From contig OY761158.1 in the NCBI GenBank assembly GCA_963664405.1, positions 4,000,001 through 4,064,000 of the forward strand: a stretch of DNA of 64,000 nt, given 5' to 3'. Below the pieces are notes generated by a model, which saw nothing but the letters and a program-made list of their open reading frames with translations, made no database searches and was not told the origin of the DNA. This stretch comes from Thermoanaerobaculia bacterium. GTDB lineage: Bacteria > Acidobacteriota > Thermoanaerobaculia > Multivoradales > Multivoraceae. Of the stretch, positions 9,409-19,429 are shown one piece after another (position 1 is the first letter of the stretch; each line of letters begins with the position of its first letter). The translations under genes and the position numbers were made by a program.

Positions 9409-10278
9409 GTGAGTCAGAAGGTCTTTCCGCAGGTTTTGAGGGAGGCGGACCGGGCTGTCCAGGGAGGCGGCAGGGTCGCGCTGTGCCAGATCGTGCGCAC
9501 CGAGGGGTCGACTCCGGGAAAGCCTGGGTGGAAGCTTCTGGTTCAACCCCAAGGCGAGACAGTCGGGAATCTCGGCGGCGGTGCCTTCGAGGCCCTGGTC
9601 CTAGCGGACGCTCGCCTGGCACTGGAGGCTGAGGAGCCGAACCCGGTGCTGAAACGCTATTACTTCACCGAGGAAGCCGTGCGGGGAGAGCCCACCGGAA
9701 TGGTCTGCGGAGGCATGGCGGAGGTTTTTCTCGAAGTTATGAAAGCAGCACCTCAGCTCGTGATCTGTGGAGGTGGCCCGGTCGGGCAGGCTCTTGCGGT
9801 GGCCGGTGAGCTGGCCGGTTTCGATCTCCTGGTGGTCGAGGATAGAGCCGAGTTTCGAGCTCCGGAGCTCTTTCCCACTGACGCGGAGATCGTAGCCGTG
9901 GATCGAGGCTACGGGGAAGACTTTCTCGACGACCTGCGTTCGAGGGATCTCTACGTTGCCGTTGTCACCCGCTGTTGGGAAACGGACGTGGCCGCATTCA
10001 AGGCGATCTTGCGGCAAGATCCACCGGGCCTGCGCTATTTAGGACTAATGGGAAGTCAGCGAAAAGTGAAGCGGGTCAAAGAAGAAGTCGAGAAGGTTGG
10101 CTTCGACCTTGCCGGTCTTCCGCTTCGGGCGCCGGTGGGCCTGCCGATAGGCGGCGACAGCCCTGGAGAGATCGCAATCGGCGTGCTGGCGGAGATCATT
10201 GAGCAGCGGCAGGCAAGCTCTGCCCTCGAGGGGAAGGTTACTGGCCCTGCCCGTCTCCGGCTCGAGGACACTGCCTGA
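9409..10278 (+). CDS. XdhC/CoxI family molybdoenzyme maturation protein
   Basis: EGSTPGKPG, GNLGGGAFE, GMVCGG, YLGLMGSQRK and APVGLPIGGDSPGEIA. Start codon is inferred. Confidence 0.88.
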   Translation: MSQKVFPQVLREADRAVQGGGRVALCQIVRTEGSTPGKPGWKLLVQPQGETVGNLGGGAFEALVLADARLALEAEEPNPVLKRYYFTEEAVRGEPTGMVCGGMAEVFLEVMKAAPQLVICGGGPVGQALAVAGELAGFDLLVVEDRAEFRAPELFPTDAEIVAVDRGYGEDFLDDLRSRDLYVAVVTRCWETDVAAFKAILRQDPPGLRYLGLMGSQRKVKRVKEEVEKVGFDLAGLPLRAPVGLPIGGDSPGEIAIGVLAEIIEQRQASSALEGKVTGPARLRLEDTA

Positions 10279-10280
10279 GA

Positions 10281-10446
10281 AGAAGTAAGAAGTAAGAAGT
10301 AAGAAGTAAGGAGTGAAGAGTGAGGAGAGTGTCTGATCGGAGAGTTAAGGTCGCGGAGTCCTCGCCGAATCCCTACCTCCCGGCATTCGAGAGCTAGATC
10401 GAGCACTTCCTTTACTCCTTACTCCTTACTCCTTACTCCCTACTTC
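10281..10446. repeat. Inverted pair of heptamer tandem arrays: (AGAAGTA)x4 plus variants, and (TTACTCC)x4
   Basis: Seen directly at 10281-10329 and 10411-10446, between the convergent xdhC-like and pilR genes. Confidence 0.85.
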
Positions 10447-10449
10447 CCT

Positions 10450-11877
10450 TCACCTCACGGCGTCGGTCTGCGGCTGGAGCTCTTTGCTTTCGTCCTCGGT
10501 CGCTCGGGTGCCGGTGATGCCGGCCTTTTTCGCGTAGTAGCGGAAGGAGCGGAAGCTCATCTGGAGGATCTCGGCAGCCTGGGTTTGCACCCAGTCGCAT
10601 CGCTCCAGCGCCTGGATCATGAGATTGCGGCGAATCTCGTCGAGCAGTCCTTCGAGCTCCACTCCCTCACGTGGCAGCAGGACGGGCGGTGCATCGCCCA
10701 ATCCGCCGGTTCGCAGCTGAGCGGGGAGATCGCCTGCTTCGATCACGGCTCCGGGGCTCAGCGCGAGCGTTCGTTCGATGAGGTTCTCCAGCTCGCGGAC
10801 GTTTCCCGGCCAGTCGTAGCCCTCGAGGATTCTCGCCGCCTGGACACTCATTCGCTTGCGGTCGATCTCCATCTGCGAGCTGTACTTCTCGATGAAGTGG
10901 TCGGCCAAGAGAGGGATGTCCTCACGGCGATGACGCAGCGGCGGCAGCTGGATCGGAATGACGTTGATTCGGTAGTAGAGGTCCTCGCGGAAGCTCCCTT
11001 CCCCGATCATTTCGAGCAGATCTCTGTTGGTGGCGGCGATGATTCGTGCGTCGACCGACTCTTCTTGGTTGCCGCCCACCTTTCGTATCGTTTTCTCCTG
11101 CAGGGCTCGCAGTAGCTTGACCTGCATGCTCGGGCTCATCTCGCCGATCTCGTCGAGGAAGAGGGTCCCGTGGTCTGCCTCTTGGAAGAGGCCACGCTTC
11201 TCTTTGACGGCGCCGGTGAAGGCACCCCGTTCGTGACCGAAGAGCTCACTCTCGAGCAGATTCTCCGGCATCGCGCCGCAGTTGACCGAAAGGAAGCGCT
11301 TGCTCGAGCGCGAGCTGTCGAAGTGGATGGCGCGGGCGATGAGCTCCTTGCCCGTTCCGCTTTCTCCGTGAATGAGCACGGTCGAGCTCGTCTTCGAGAC
11401 GCGCTCGATAAGACTGAAGATCTGTGCCATGCGCTGGCTGCGACCGATGATATTCGAGAAGCCGTATTTGCGCTCTAGCTCTTTTCGCAGGTAGACGTTC
11501 TCGTCGACCAGTTCTGTTTTCTCGAGAGCCTTCTGCACCAGGAGCTTGAGCTCCTCGACCTCGAAGGGCTTGGAGACATAGTCGTACGCTCCGAGCTTCA
11601 TCGCCTCGATGGCCGATTTGGTGGAGCTATAGGCGGTCATCATGATCACCGAGGTGCCCGCATTGGAGGCTTTAAGCTCTCTCAGGATGTCCATCCCGCT
11701 GCCGTCAGGCATCATGATGTCGCAGAGCAGGAGGTCGAAATCTCTTTCCTCGAGGAGCTGGCGCGCGGCGGCCAGCGAGTCCGCGGGGGTGACTCGATAG
11801 CCCTCTTGTTCAAAGAGTAGCTTGAGAAAGTCGAGGAGGTTCGCCTCGTCATCAACAATGAGTAGGCGAGCCTTCAT
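10450..11877 (-). CDS. pilR: Sigma-54-dependent response regulator PilR
   Basis: REC domain, GESGTGKE, GAFTGA and C-terminal Fis-type HTH. Located downstream of pilT-pilC-pilS. Confidence 0.85.
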   Translation of the reverse strand: MKARLLIVDDEANLLDFLKLLFEQEGYRVTPADSLAAARQLLEERDFDLLLCDIMMPDGSGMDILRELKASNAGTSVIMMTAYSSTKSAIEAMKLGAYDYVSKPFEVEELKLLVQKALEKTELVDENVYLRKELERKYGFSNIIGRSQRMAQIFSLIERVSKTSSTVLIHGESGTGKELIARAIHFDSSRSSKRFLSVNCGAMPENLLESELFGHERGAFTGAVKEKRGLFQEADHGTLFLDEIGEMSPSMQVKLLRALQEKTIRKVGGNQEESVDARIIAATNRDLLEMIGEGSFREDLYYRINVIPIQLPPLRHRREDIPLLADHFIEKYSSQMEIDRKRMSVQAARILEGYDWPGNVRELENLIERTLALSPGAVIEAGDLPAQLRTGGLGDAPPVLLPREGVELEGLLDEIRRNLMIQALERCDWVQTQAAEILQMSFRSFRYYAKKAGITGTRATEDESKELQPQTDAVR

Positions 11878-13547
11878 GTCCATGCTCCCATCGGTTCTAA
11901 GACTCCTGATAACGCAAGAGGCAACTCTATTGTGACCGTGGTGCCGAGATTCGGCGCACTCTCCACCGAGAGTTGACCGTGGTGCTCCTCGACGATCTGG
12001 TAGACGATTCCCATGCCCAACCCTGAGCCTTGGTCGAAAGCCGTCTTGAAGGGCTGAAAGAGAGTGCGCCGCTCCTCCTCTGACATCCCTCTCCCGTTAT
12101 CTCTGAACTGGATGCGGTAGGAAAGGTCGGTGAGATCACCGGAGACCAGTAGCCGACCCCCGTCCGGCATGGCTCGTAGCGCATTGCGGGTCAGGTTCCA
12201 GAATATCTGTCCAACCTGGTCGCGATCGGCAACGAGTCTTACGGTCTCCGGCTCGAGGACCACGTCGATGTGATGCTCTGCTGTTACCTCGTCGCTGTTG
12301 CGGAGGAGTTCGACGTTTTCTCGCAGAACCTCCGCGATGTCGAACTCAGTGTCGGTCCTCTTGTGGGGCCTGGCGAAAGTGAGAAAGCCCTTGATGGTGC
12401 GGTCGAGTCGCCGGCTCTCGTTGAGGATGATCTCGAGCAGCTTGCTCGAACTGTCTGTGTCTGGTGTATTTGCAGCCAGAAGCTGTACCGATCCCGAGAT
12501 CGCCGCGAGCGGATTGCCGATCTCGTGGGCAAGGCCCGCGGAGAGCTCGCCGATCGCCGCCATTCGGTCTTTGAGGCGGACTTCCTGCTCCAATTTGTGC
12601 CAGCCGGTGACGTCCTGAAAGATGAGGATGAATCCGCGGCTGCTGCCGTCGTGATAGTGGAGGCGGCTTACTGAGAATCCGAAGTGGATCTCTGTGTCGT
12701 CGCGCACGATGACGCTGCGCTCGCGACCGTGATCCCCGTGGTCCGCCGCCGCAGCTCTCTGCCAGGCGTCGCGATCGAGGAGGCCGATGTCTTCGACGGA
12801 TTGGCCGACGATCTCGTCCTCCGATCTTGCGAGTAGGGTTGCTCCTGCCGGGTTCACAGTTATGACTTTGCCGGCGAGATCGGTGGTGATCAGGCCGCTG
12901 CCTATCGAGCTCGTGACATCGCGGTGGAAGTGCTCGAGCTGTGCTAGATCCTCACTCTTTCGTTCCAGCTCGACCTCAGTGCGGCGTCCTTGCTGGGCGA
13001 GAAAGGAAACGAGGATGGCGACGGCGTTGAAGCCAACCAGGTGGACAAAGAGTCGGTAGGCGAGCAGGCTCGAAGGCACGAAGAGCTGGTCGATTGGGGT
13101 AATGCGTTGAGTTGCGAGGCCAACAGTGAGCGCGGCGTAGGCGACCCAGGCAATATTGGCGAAGGCGAGCGCCGAGCTGCGGTTCAGCAGAGTGGCGGCG
13201 GCGGTGATGACGATCAGGTAGAGAATGGAAAACGCGCTGGTTACGCCACCGAAGTAGTAGACGAGCCCTGTGACGAGTGAAATGTCGCCGAGAAATTGGA
13301 TTCCAGCCTGGACCCCGGGATAGGCCCTTAGTAGCTTCAACAGACCGAGGTAGACCAAGCTGAGAAAATAGCTCGCCCCAGCCAGCAAGTAGAGATGGGC
13401 CTGGTAGGGGGCCGCCGTCTCCTCGGCGGAGATGCTGTAGGCCTCCTGGGTAGAGATGCTGTAGAGCAGATACAGCACCGCCACGCTGGTGATCGCCACA
13501 AGTCGAGTGGCGATGAGCCAGCGGAGTTGCCTCGACTCTACAGCCAT
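11874..13547 (-). CDS. pilS: Sensor histidine kinase PilS
   Basis: About 6 TM segments, PAS, LAHEIGNPL, NLTRNA, DNGRG and GSGLG. Synteny with pilR. Confidence 0.85.
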   Translation of the reverse strand: MAVESRQLRWLIATRLVAITSVAVLYLLYSISTQEAYSISAEETAAPYQAHLYLLAGASYFLSLVYLGLLKLLRAYPGVQAGIQFLGDISLVTGLVYYFGGVTSAFSILYLIVITAAATLLNRSSALAFANIAWVAYAALTVGLATQRITPIDQLFVPSSLLAYRLFVHLVGFNAVAILVSFLAQQGRRTEVELERKSEDLAQLEHFHRDVTSSIGSGLITTDLAGKVITVNPAGATLLARSEDEIVGQSVEDIGLLDRDAWQRAAAADHGDHGRERSVIVRDDTEIHFGFSVSRLHYHDGSSRGFILIFQDVTGWHKLEQEVRLKDRMAAIGELSAGLAHEIGNPLAAISGSVQLLAANTPDTDSSSKLLEIILNESRRLDRTIKGFLTFARPHKRTDTEFDIAEVLRENVELLRNSDEVTAEHHIDVVLEPETVRLVADRDQVGQIFWNLTRNALRAMPDGGRLLVSGDLTDLSYRIQFRDNGRGMSEEERRTLFQPFKTAFDQGSGLGMGIVYQIVEEHHGQLSVESAPNLGTTVTIELPLALSGVLEPMGAWT

Positions 13548-13602
13548 TGATGACGCCTCCTGGGGGGTCTTGCGACTCCCTTTCGGTGCTTCCTAATCGG
13601 TA

Positions 13603-14806
13603 TTAGAAGTACTTGATGATGGTGTACATCGGCAGGTACATAGAAGTGACGATGGTGCCGATAACGACGCCGAGAAAGGATATGAGGATTGGCTCGATGA
13701 GCTTGAGGAGACCGGCAACCGCGGTGTCGACCTCGTCTTCATAGAAATCGGCGATCTTCGAAAGCATCTGGTCGAGCGCTCCGGTCTGTTCACCGACGTT
13801 GATCATCTGTACGACCATCGGCGGAAAGACCTTGGTCTGGCCCAGTGGCTCGCTGATGGTCTTTCCTTCTTCGACCGCTTTGCGGACGGCCATGATGGCG
13901 TCTTCGACGATGGCGTTGCCGGCCGTTCGAGCCGTGATCTCCAGACCCTCGAGGATGGGTACGCCGGAGGCGGTGAGCGTGGCCAGAGTTCGGCAGAAGC
14001 GCGCGGTCGCGATCTTGAGAAGAAGGTTTCCGATAATCGGCGATCGGAGCAGCAATCCGTCGATCACTCGGCGACCACGGTAAGTCTTGTGCGCTCGATT
14101 GATGAGCATGGCCGTGACGCCGAGAAAGATAAAGATGAAGATCGCGTAACGACCGATGAAGTTGCTGGCCCCGATCACCACTCGGGTGAGGAAGGGCAGC
14201 TCGGCGCCTACGCCGGCGAAGAGCTGGCTGAAGACCGGGATGACCTTCCACAAGATGATGAAGACGACAGCGACGGCGATCATGATGACGGTTGCCGGGT
14301 ACATTCATCGCGGTGCGTACCTGCGCCACCAGTCGAACCGACTTCTCGATATAGGTCGAGAGCCGCTGAAGGATGATGTCCAAGATACCGCCGGCCTCAC
14401 CCGCGGCGATCATGGAGACGTAGAGCTCGTCGAAGGCGGACTCGTGCTTGCGCATAGCGTCGGCTAGCGATGCGCCCTGCTCGACGTCCATGCGCACCTG
14501 ACGAATGACTTCGCGAAAGTGGCGGTGGTCCTCCTGGGCGCCGAGGATCTCGAGACACTGAACCAGAGGGAGCCCGGCATCGAGCATGACCGAGAACTGT
14601 CGAGTGAAGATCGCTACGCGCTTGCGAGGAACCCGCACCGGCAGACGCGGCATCAGCGGAATCTGACGGCCCTGCTCGCGAATCGAAGTGATCTGGATCT
14701 GTTGTCGGCGCAGGGTAGCGGCAGCGGCGCTTTTCGAGTTGGCCATGAGGCTTCCCTCTTGAACCTGACCTCCGCGCGCTTTTCCCTTCCAGATGAAGTT
14801 CGGCAT
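13603..14806 (-). pseudogene. pilC: Type IV pilus platform protein PilC, frameshifted
   Basis: N-half (FTRQFSVMLDAGLPLVQCL, AGEAGGILD) and C-half (YPATV..., VGEQTGALD) are in different frames. The junction near 14304 reads ATG A ATG TAC CCG, one extra A. Confidence 0.85.
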
Positions 14807-14825
14807 TGTGAGTCCCCCCCCCGAT

Positions 14826-15956
14826 CTACGCTTGAGCGGTCCTGTTGGGTGGTGTCGGTGCGTTGGCGATGGACAAGCCGACAGAAGACGGCCCACGGTT
14901 GATGAGGTCGTGAAGCTCGTCGATCTGGGACGAGCGTGCTAGAGCGGTGTTGAGGCTGATCATCCTTCGGAAGTAAAGGATGGCCAGAGACTGGTTGAAG
15001 GTCTGCATGCCGTGCTTGGCCTGGCCCGTCTGCATCATGCCGTAGATCTGGTGAATTTTGTCTTCACGGATCAGATTACGGATGGCGGCGTTGGGGAGGA
15101 GAATCTCCATCGCCACCGTCCTACCTCGGCCGCTGAGCCGAGGCAGCAGCGACTGACAGACGATTCCTTCGATAACGAACGAGAGCTGGACCCTGACCTG
15201 GCCCTGTTGGTGAGCCGGAAAAATGTCGATGATGCGATTGATCGTCTGCGCCGCGGAGTTGGTGTGCAGAGTGGCGAGAGTCAAATGGCCGGTCTCAGCG
15301 ATGCGCAGAGCCGCATCCACGGTCTCATGGTCTCTCATCTCACCGACGAGCACGACATCGGGATCCTGCCGCAATGCCGAGCGTAGAGCGTTGTGAAAGC
15401 TGAAGGTGTCAACCAGGAGCTCACGCTGATTGACGATGCAGTTCTGATGGGCGTGAAGATACTCGATCGGATCTTCGATGGTGACGATGTGCTCGCGCCG
15501 CTCGCGATTGATCTTGTCCAGCATCGCGGCCAGGGTGGTGGTCTTGCCGGAGCCGGTCGGTCCGGTGACGAGCACGAGTCCGCGGGGCTTCTCGCAGAGC
15601 TTCTCGATCACCATCGGTAGACCGAGCTCCCTGAAAGTGCGGATCTCGTGCGGGATCATGCGGAACGCGGCTGCAACGGCTCCCCGCGCATGGAAGACAT
15701 TGCAGCGAAAGCGAGACAGGTTCTTGATCCCGAAGGAAAAGTCGATCTCGAGATCTTCCTCCAGGCGATGTTTCTGGGTGTCGGTGAGGATCGAATACAC
15801 CAGCTGCTTGGTCTCGCTCGGCGAGAACGCGTCGTGGTCGAGCTTGTGCAGAGTGCCGTCTATGCGGATCTGCGGTTCCGAGTTAGTGGTGACATGGAGG
15901 TCCGTTCCTCCTCGTTCCACCATGGTTTTGAGTAACGAGTTCAGGCTGATAGCCAT
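14826..15956 (-). CDS. pilT: Type IV pilus retraction ATPase PilT
   Basis: GPTGSGKTTT, TIEDPIE, LRQDPDVVLVGEMRD and AIRNLIRE. Confidence 0.95.
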   Translation of the reverse strand: MAISLNSLLKTMVERGGTDLHVTTNSEPQIRIDGTLHKLDHDAFSPSETKQLVYSILTDTQKHRLEEDLEIDFSFGIKNLSRFRCNVFHARGAVAAAFRMIPHEIRTFRELGLPMVIEKLCEKPRGLVLVTGPTGSGKTTTLAAMLDKINRERREHIVTIEDPIEYLHAHQNCIVNQRELLVDTFSFHNALRSALRQDPDVVLVGEMRDHETVDAALRIAETGHLTLATLHTNSAAQTINRIIDIFPAHQQGQVRVQLSFVIEGIVCQSLLPRLSGRGRTVAMEILLPNAAIRNLIREDKIHQIYGMMQTGQAKHGMQTFNQSLAILYFRRMISLNTALARSSQIDELHDLINRGPSSVGLSIANAPTPPNRTAQA

Positions 15957-16032
15957 TGACAAGCCCCGTTCGGTCTCATGGACAAGTGCACAATAATGTA
16001 TTAGTTTCGTGTCTTGGTCAAGTTTTCAGTAG

Positions 16033-16608
16033 CTACTCCTGTACTGCGTCAACGATCCCGATCGCCTCCACTTCCCCCATCAAGAAGAGTAGGTCGTTGA
16101 GGCGATCTGCCGAGTCGTCGCCGACCGGGTAGCGGTAAAAAATGTGCAGAAGGCGATTTCCTAGCGGATGAATCGTGGTGATGCGGAATTCTTCGGTTCG
16201 GACCCCTCCTTCATCGTCGAACTGCCCGCGGGAGTAGTAGGCGGCGTTTCCGTCCGGCGTTCCCAGCTCTCGGCTGCCGGAGAAGGTGCCGCCGGGGAGG
16301 GCCTCGAAAAGCTCTCGTTGTCCGTTGACCACCTCGACCACATTGATGCCTGCCTGCGCCACCGGCCCGATCTCGATCCAGGACTTGCCCGGGGGCAGTC
16401 CTTCACCACGTCTGAGCTCGAGGCGACTTCCGTCGTTGGTGTCGACCTCGAAACCCTCGGGCATGTCGGCAATGGCGATGCCGAGGTTCTCGTTTTCGAT
16501 CCGGCGAATAACCCCCTCTTCCGGGACCGGCGCCGGAGACTGCTTACAGGACAAGAAAAGAGCGCACACGAGTGCGAGGCGCAAGACCTTGAAAGAGGAT
16601 CGATTCAT
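16033..16608 (-). CDS. Hypothetical lipoprotein
   Basis: MNRSSFKVLRLALVCALFLSC signal peptide with lipobox. Confidence 0.65.
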   Translation of the reverse strand: MNRSSFKVLRLALVCALFLSCKQSPAPVPEEGVIRRIENENLGIAIADMPEGFEVDTNDGSRLELRRGEGLPPGKSWIEIGPVAQAGINVVEVVNGQRELFEALPGGTFSGSRELGTPDGNAAYYSRGQFDDEGGVRTEEFRITTIHPLGNRLLHIFYRYPVGDDSADRLNDLLFLMGEVEAIGIVDAVQE

Positions 16609-16704
16609 GCTGAACAGTCTATTGTACCTTCTGCTTCGCTTCTCACCAGCGGAGCGAGTCCGGGGCGCTGGTGAGAGAGCGGACCGTGGTACTTTGCTGA
16701 GGAT

Positions 16705-17364
16705 ATGGAGCCCCTCTTCATTACCTTCGAGGGTCTCGACGGAAGCGGAAAATCGACCCACTTACAGGCTGCTGCCGGCTGGCTGGAGGAAGCCGGCGTA
16801 CCTCATCGTGTGACCCACGAGCCCGGAGGGACGGTTTTGGGGGAGGGCATTCGCAAGCTCTTTCTCCACTCCGCTGCGAGTGAGCTCGACGGTACTGTCG
16901 AGATACTTCTGGTTTTCGCCAGTCGTCGGCAACACTTGAGCGAGGTGATCGAGCCAGCGCTCGAGTCGGGCTACACCGTCTTATGTGACCGCTTCACCGA
17001 TTCTACCCACGCCTACCAAGGCCACGGTCGTGGCATCTCCTCTGAGCTCATCGATGAGATCGACGCCCTGGCAACCGGAAGTCGATCGCCTGACGCGACA
17101 CTTCTCTTCGACTTGCCGGCGGACGATGCGCGGCGTCGCGGCCAGTCGGGAGAGCGCACCGTAGACCGTTTGGACCGCGAGAGTGTCGACTTCTACGAGC
17201 GTGTGAGGCAAGGCTTCCTCGAGCGCGTGCGCTCCGACGCTGAACGCTTTCGGCTCATCAACTCCGGCGGTAGCGTGGAAGAGACAAGGCTTCAAGTGCA
17301 CGAGGCCCTCCAGAACCTCTTGGCTCTGCCGCGATTGGAATCGCGAGATGGCGCCGGAGCTTGA
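16705..17364 (+). CDS. tmk: Thymidylate kinase
   Basis: FITFEGLDGSGKST, HEPGGT and CDRFTDSTHAYQG. Confidence 0.95.
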   Translation: MEPLFITFEGLDGSGKSTHLQAAAGWLEEAGVPHRVTHEPGGTVLGEGIRKLFLHSAASELDGTVEILLVFASRRQHLSEVIEPALESGYTVLCDRFTDSTHAYQGHGRGISSELIDEIDALATGSRSPDATLLFDLPADDARRRGQSGERTVDRLDRESVDFYERVRQGFLERVRSDAERFRLINSGGSVEETRLQVHEALQNLLALPRLESRDGAGA

Positions 17365-18181
17365 ACAACTGGCCCTGGAGGGCCACCTCTATACCTCGGT
17401 GATCCTTCATGGCGGAAGTGTGGACGCGCGGCTGCACCGGGCGCTCGGCCTGGCCCGGACTCTGCTTTGTGACGCTGCGGATCGCGGCCTGGAGGGCTGC
17501 GAGTGCCGCCACTGCGCCCGTATTCAGGCGCCGTCCGACGAAGATTCTCGCTTTCACCCTGACGCTCATATTCTCTGGCAGGACTTGAAGACGGTTACGT
17601 CCGTCGAGGCGACCCGAAAACTACTCCGAGCCGCTCACCTGAGACCCTTCGAGGCCCGCGGACAGGTCTTCATCGTCCCGACCGCCGAGACCCTTTCGGA
17701 CGAGGCAGCCAATGTGCTCCTCAAGATACTCGAGGAGCCACCGCTCTCCGCCCCCCGCCACTTCTTTCTCCTCTGCCCAGCCGCCGAGCGTCTACTGCCG
17801 ACGATCCGGAGCCGCTCGATGAGTGTTTACATGGGGCCGGTGCAGGCGCCCGATGTGGAGCTCCTTTCTTCGGTGGCTGCTGAGCTCGGCGACCGAATCC
17901 GTGCCTTTGGCGACACCGGTTCGGTTGCCTACATGCTGGCGGTTGCCGATGCCCTTCTTGCCGGATCGTCGTGGGACGATCCCAGAGATTCGCGGCCCTG
18001 GACCCTGGCCGCCTCTGCCGTGCTCGAGGTGTACCGAGGTCTTGCTGCGGACAGCGAGTTGCGACCGTCGCTTTTGGCGTTGGCGGAGGATCTGCTACTG
18101 GCGCCTGAGATGAGCCTGAGAAGAATACAGTCTCGAAGGATCGTCGAGGGTCTCGTCGCGCGCAGGTTGGGCGCCACTTGA
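17348..18181 (+). CDS. holB: DNA polymerase III delta-prime subunit (divergent, short)
   Basis: CECRHC zinc motif, HPD, AANVLLKILEEPP and LLPTIRSR. Follows tmk. Confidence 0.8.
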   Translation: MAPELEQLALEGHLYTSVILHGGSVDARLHRALGLARTLLCDAADRGLEGCECRHCARIQAPSDEDSRFHPDAHILWQDLKTVTSVEATRKLLRAAHLRPFEARGQVFIVPTAETLSDEAANVLLKILEEPPLSAPRHFFLLCPAAERLLPTIRSRSMSVYMGPVQAPDVELLSSVAAELGDRIRAFGDTGSVAYMLAVADALLAGSSWDDPRDSRPWTLAASAVLEVYRGLAADSELRPSLLALAEDLLLAPEMSLRRIQSRRIVEGLVARRLGAT

Positions 18182-18320
18182 GCCGAGGTCCGGCCTCGGG
18201 CTGCAGCGGCCCCGAGGCGGGAATGTTGCTACACTCAATTGGGTTGTTCGAGTGTTCAGGGAGCGGTCTGCGCTCCTGACCTCGGCCCACTACCCGCGCC
18301 TACCTTCAGGAGGAATTCCC

Positions 18321-19418
18321 ATGAATCGTGTGTTGAAGTGGCCGGCTCGAGAGGATGGCTCGAGCTGTTTTCGTGCCCTCGCCCTCGCCCCGCTATTCGC
18401 TGCCTTGCTCGCCTTCTCGCCTTCTTCAGCAGAGGCTGAGGACGCTAAAGAACCTCCGGAGGTTGTTGCTCGTGTCGACGGCGAGGCTCTCGGGCGGGAC
18501 GCCCTGCTCGAAGAGGCCGCTGCTCAGCTAAGCCGCGTCGAGGCGGCTCGCGCACAGTGTCAGCTCGGCGCAGACAAGCAAGAGCACGAGGCTTGGGAAA
18601 ACGGGGTCGAGCGGCTGGTGAGGAAGAGGCTTCTCGATCTCGAGGCGACCAAGAGAGGAATCTCCGAGGCGGGTATCAGGGCAGAGCTGGAGCAGCTGGC
18701 CGGAGTCGTGAGCGATGAGGACGTCGACGCTTTCTACGAGAAGAACAAGAGCCAGATTCGCAAGCAGAAAGAGGCGGTCAGCGATCAGATTCGGACTCAC
18801 CTACTCCAGCAACGACTACAGGTGGCCGAGAACGATTTTATTGCCGGCCTCAAAGAGAGCTACAGCATCGATTACTACCTCGAGCCGATGCGTTCGGTGG
18901 TGGCCGATGCGGGCTTCCCACAGCGAGGCCCGGACTCTTCTCCAATCACTATCGTCGAGTTCTCCGACTTCGAGTGTCCTTACTGCCAGCGGGTGCTTCC
19001 CACGATCGAGCAGATCGAGGAGAAGTACGGCGACAAGATCAAGCTTGTGTTTCGCCAGTATCCTTTGTCGATCCACGCCAACGCTCCAAAGGCCGCTGAG
19101 GCGTCTTTGTGTGCAAGCGATCAGGGGAAGTTCTGGGAGATGCACGATCTGATGTTCGCGGAGCAGGAGAATCTGACGATCGACGACCTCAAGGACAAAG
19201 CGAGTCGCTTGGAGCTCGATGACGCAGCCTTTTCTGAGTGCCTCGACTCTGGCCGCCACGCCGCCGCGGTAACCGCCGATCTCCAGTCCGGCACCGCCGC
19301 CGGGGTGAGCGGGACGCCTGCCTTCTTCGTCAACGGACGCCTGATTTCCGGCGCCGTGCCCTTCGAGACCTTGGCAGAGGTCATCGAAGACGAGCTTCGG
19401 CGCGCGGGAGGAAGTTGA
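18321..19418 (+). CDS. DsbA/thioredoxin-fold protein with N-terminal SurA-like helical region
   Basis: EFSDFECPYC, QGKFWEMHD and GVSGTPAFFVNG, plus an N-terminal signal. Confidence 0.85.
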   Translation: MNRVLKWPAREDGSSCFRALALAPLFAALLAFSPSSAEAEDAKEPPEVVARVDGEALGRDALLEEAAAQLSRVEAARAQCQLGADKQEHEAWENGVERLVRKRLLDLEATKRGISEAGIRAELEQLAGVVSDEDVDAFYEKNKSQIRKQKEAVSDQIRTHLLQQRLQVAENDFIAGLKESYSIDYYLEPMRSVVADAGFPQRGPDSSPITIVEFSDFECPYCQRVLPTIEQIEEKYGDKIKLVFRQYPLSIHANAPKAAEASLCASDQGKFWEMHDLMFAEQENLTIDDLKDKASRLELDDAAFSECLDSGRHAAAVTADLQSGTAAGVSGTPAFFVNGRLISGAVPFETLAEVIEDELRRAGGS

Positions 19419-19429
19419 TCGGCACACAA

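Noticed and set aside
15985-16025. Possible sigma-70 promoter for pilT (TTGACC...CATTAT on the minus strand)
   Set aside because: The -10 match is weak; not supportable beyond local AT-richness.
17348-18181. holB as a pseudogene because its P-loop is degenerate
   Set aside because: Delta-prime subunits are catalytically inactive, and the frame is intact with its other motifs conserved.
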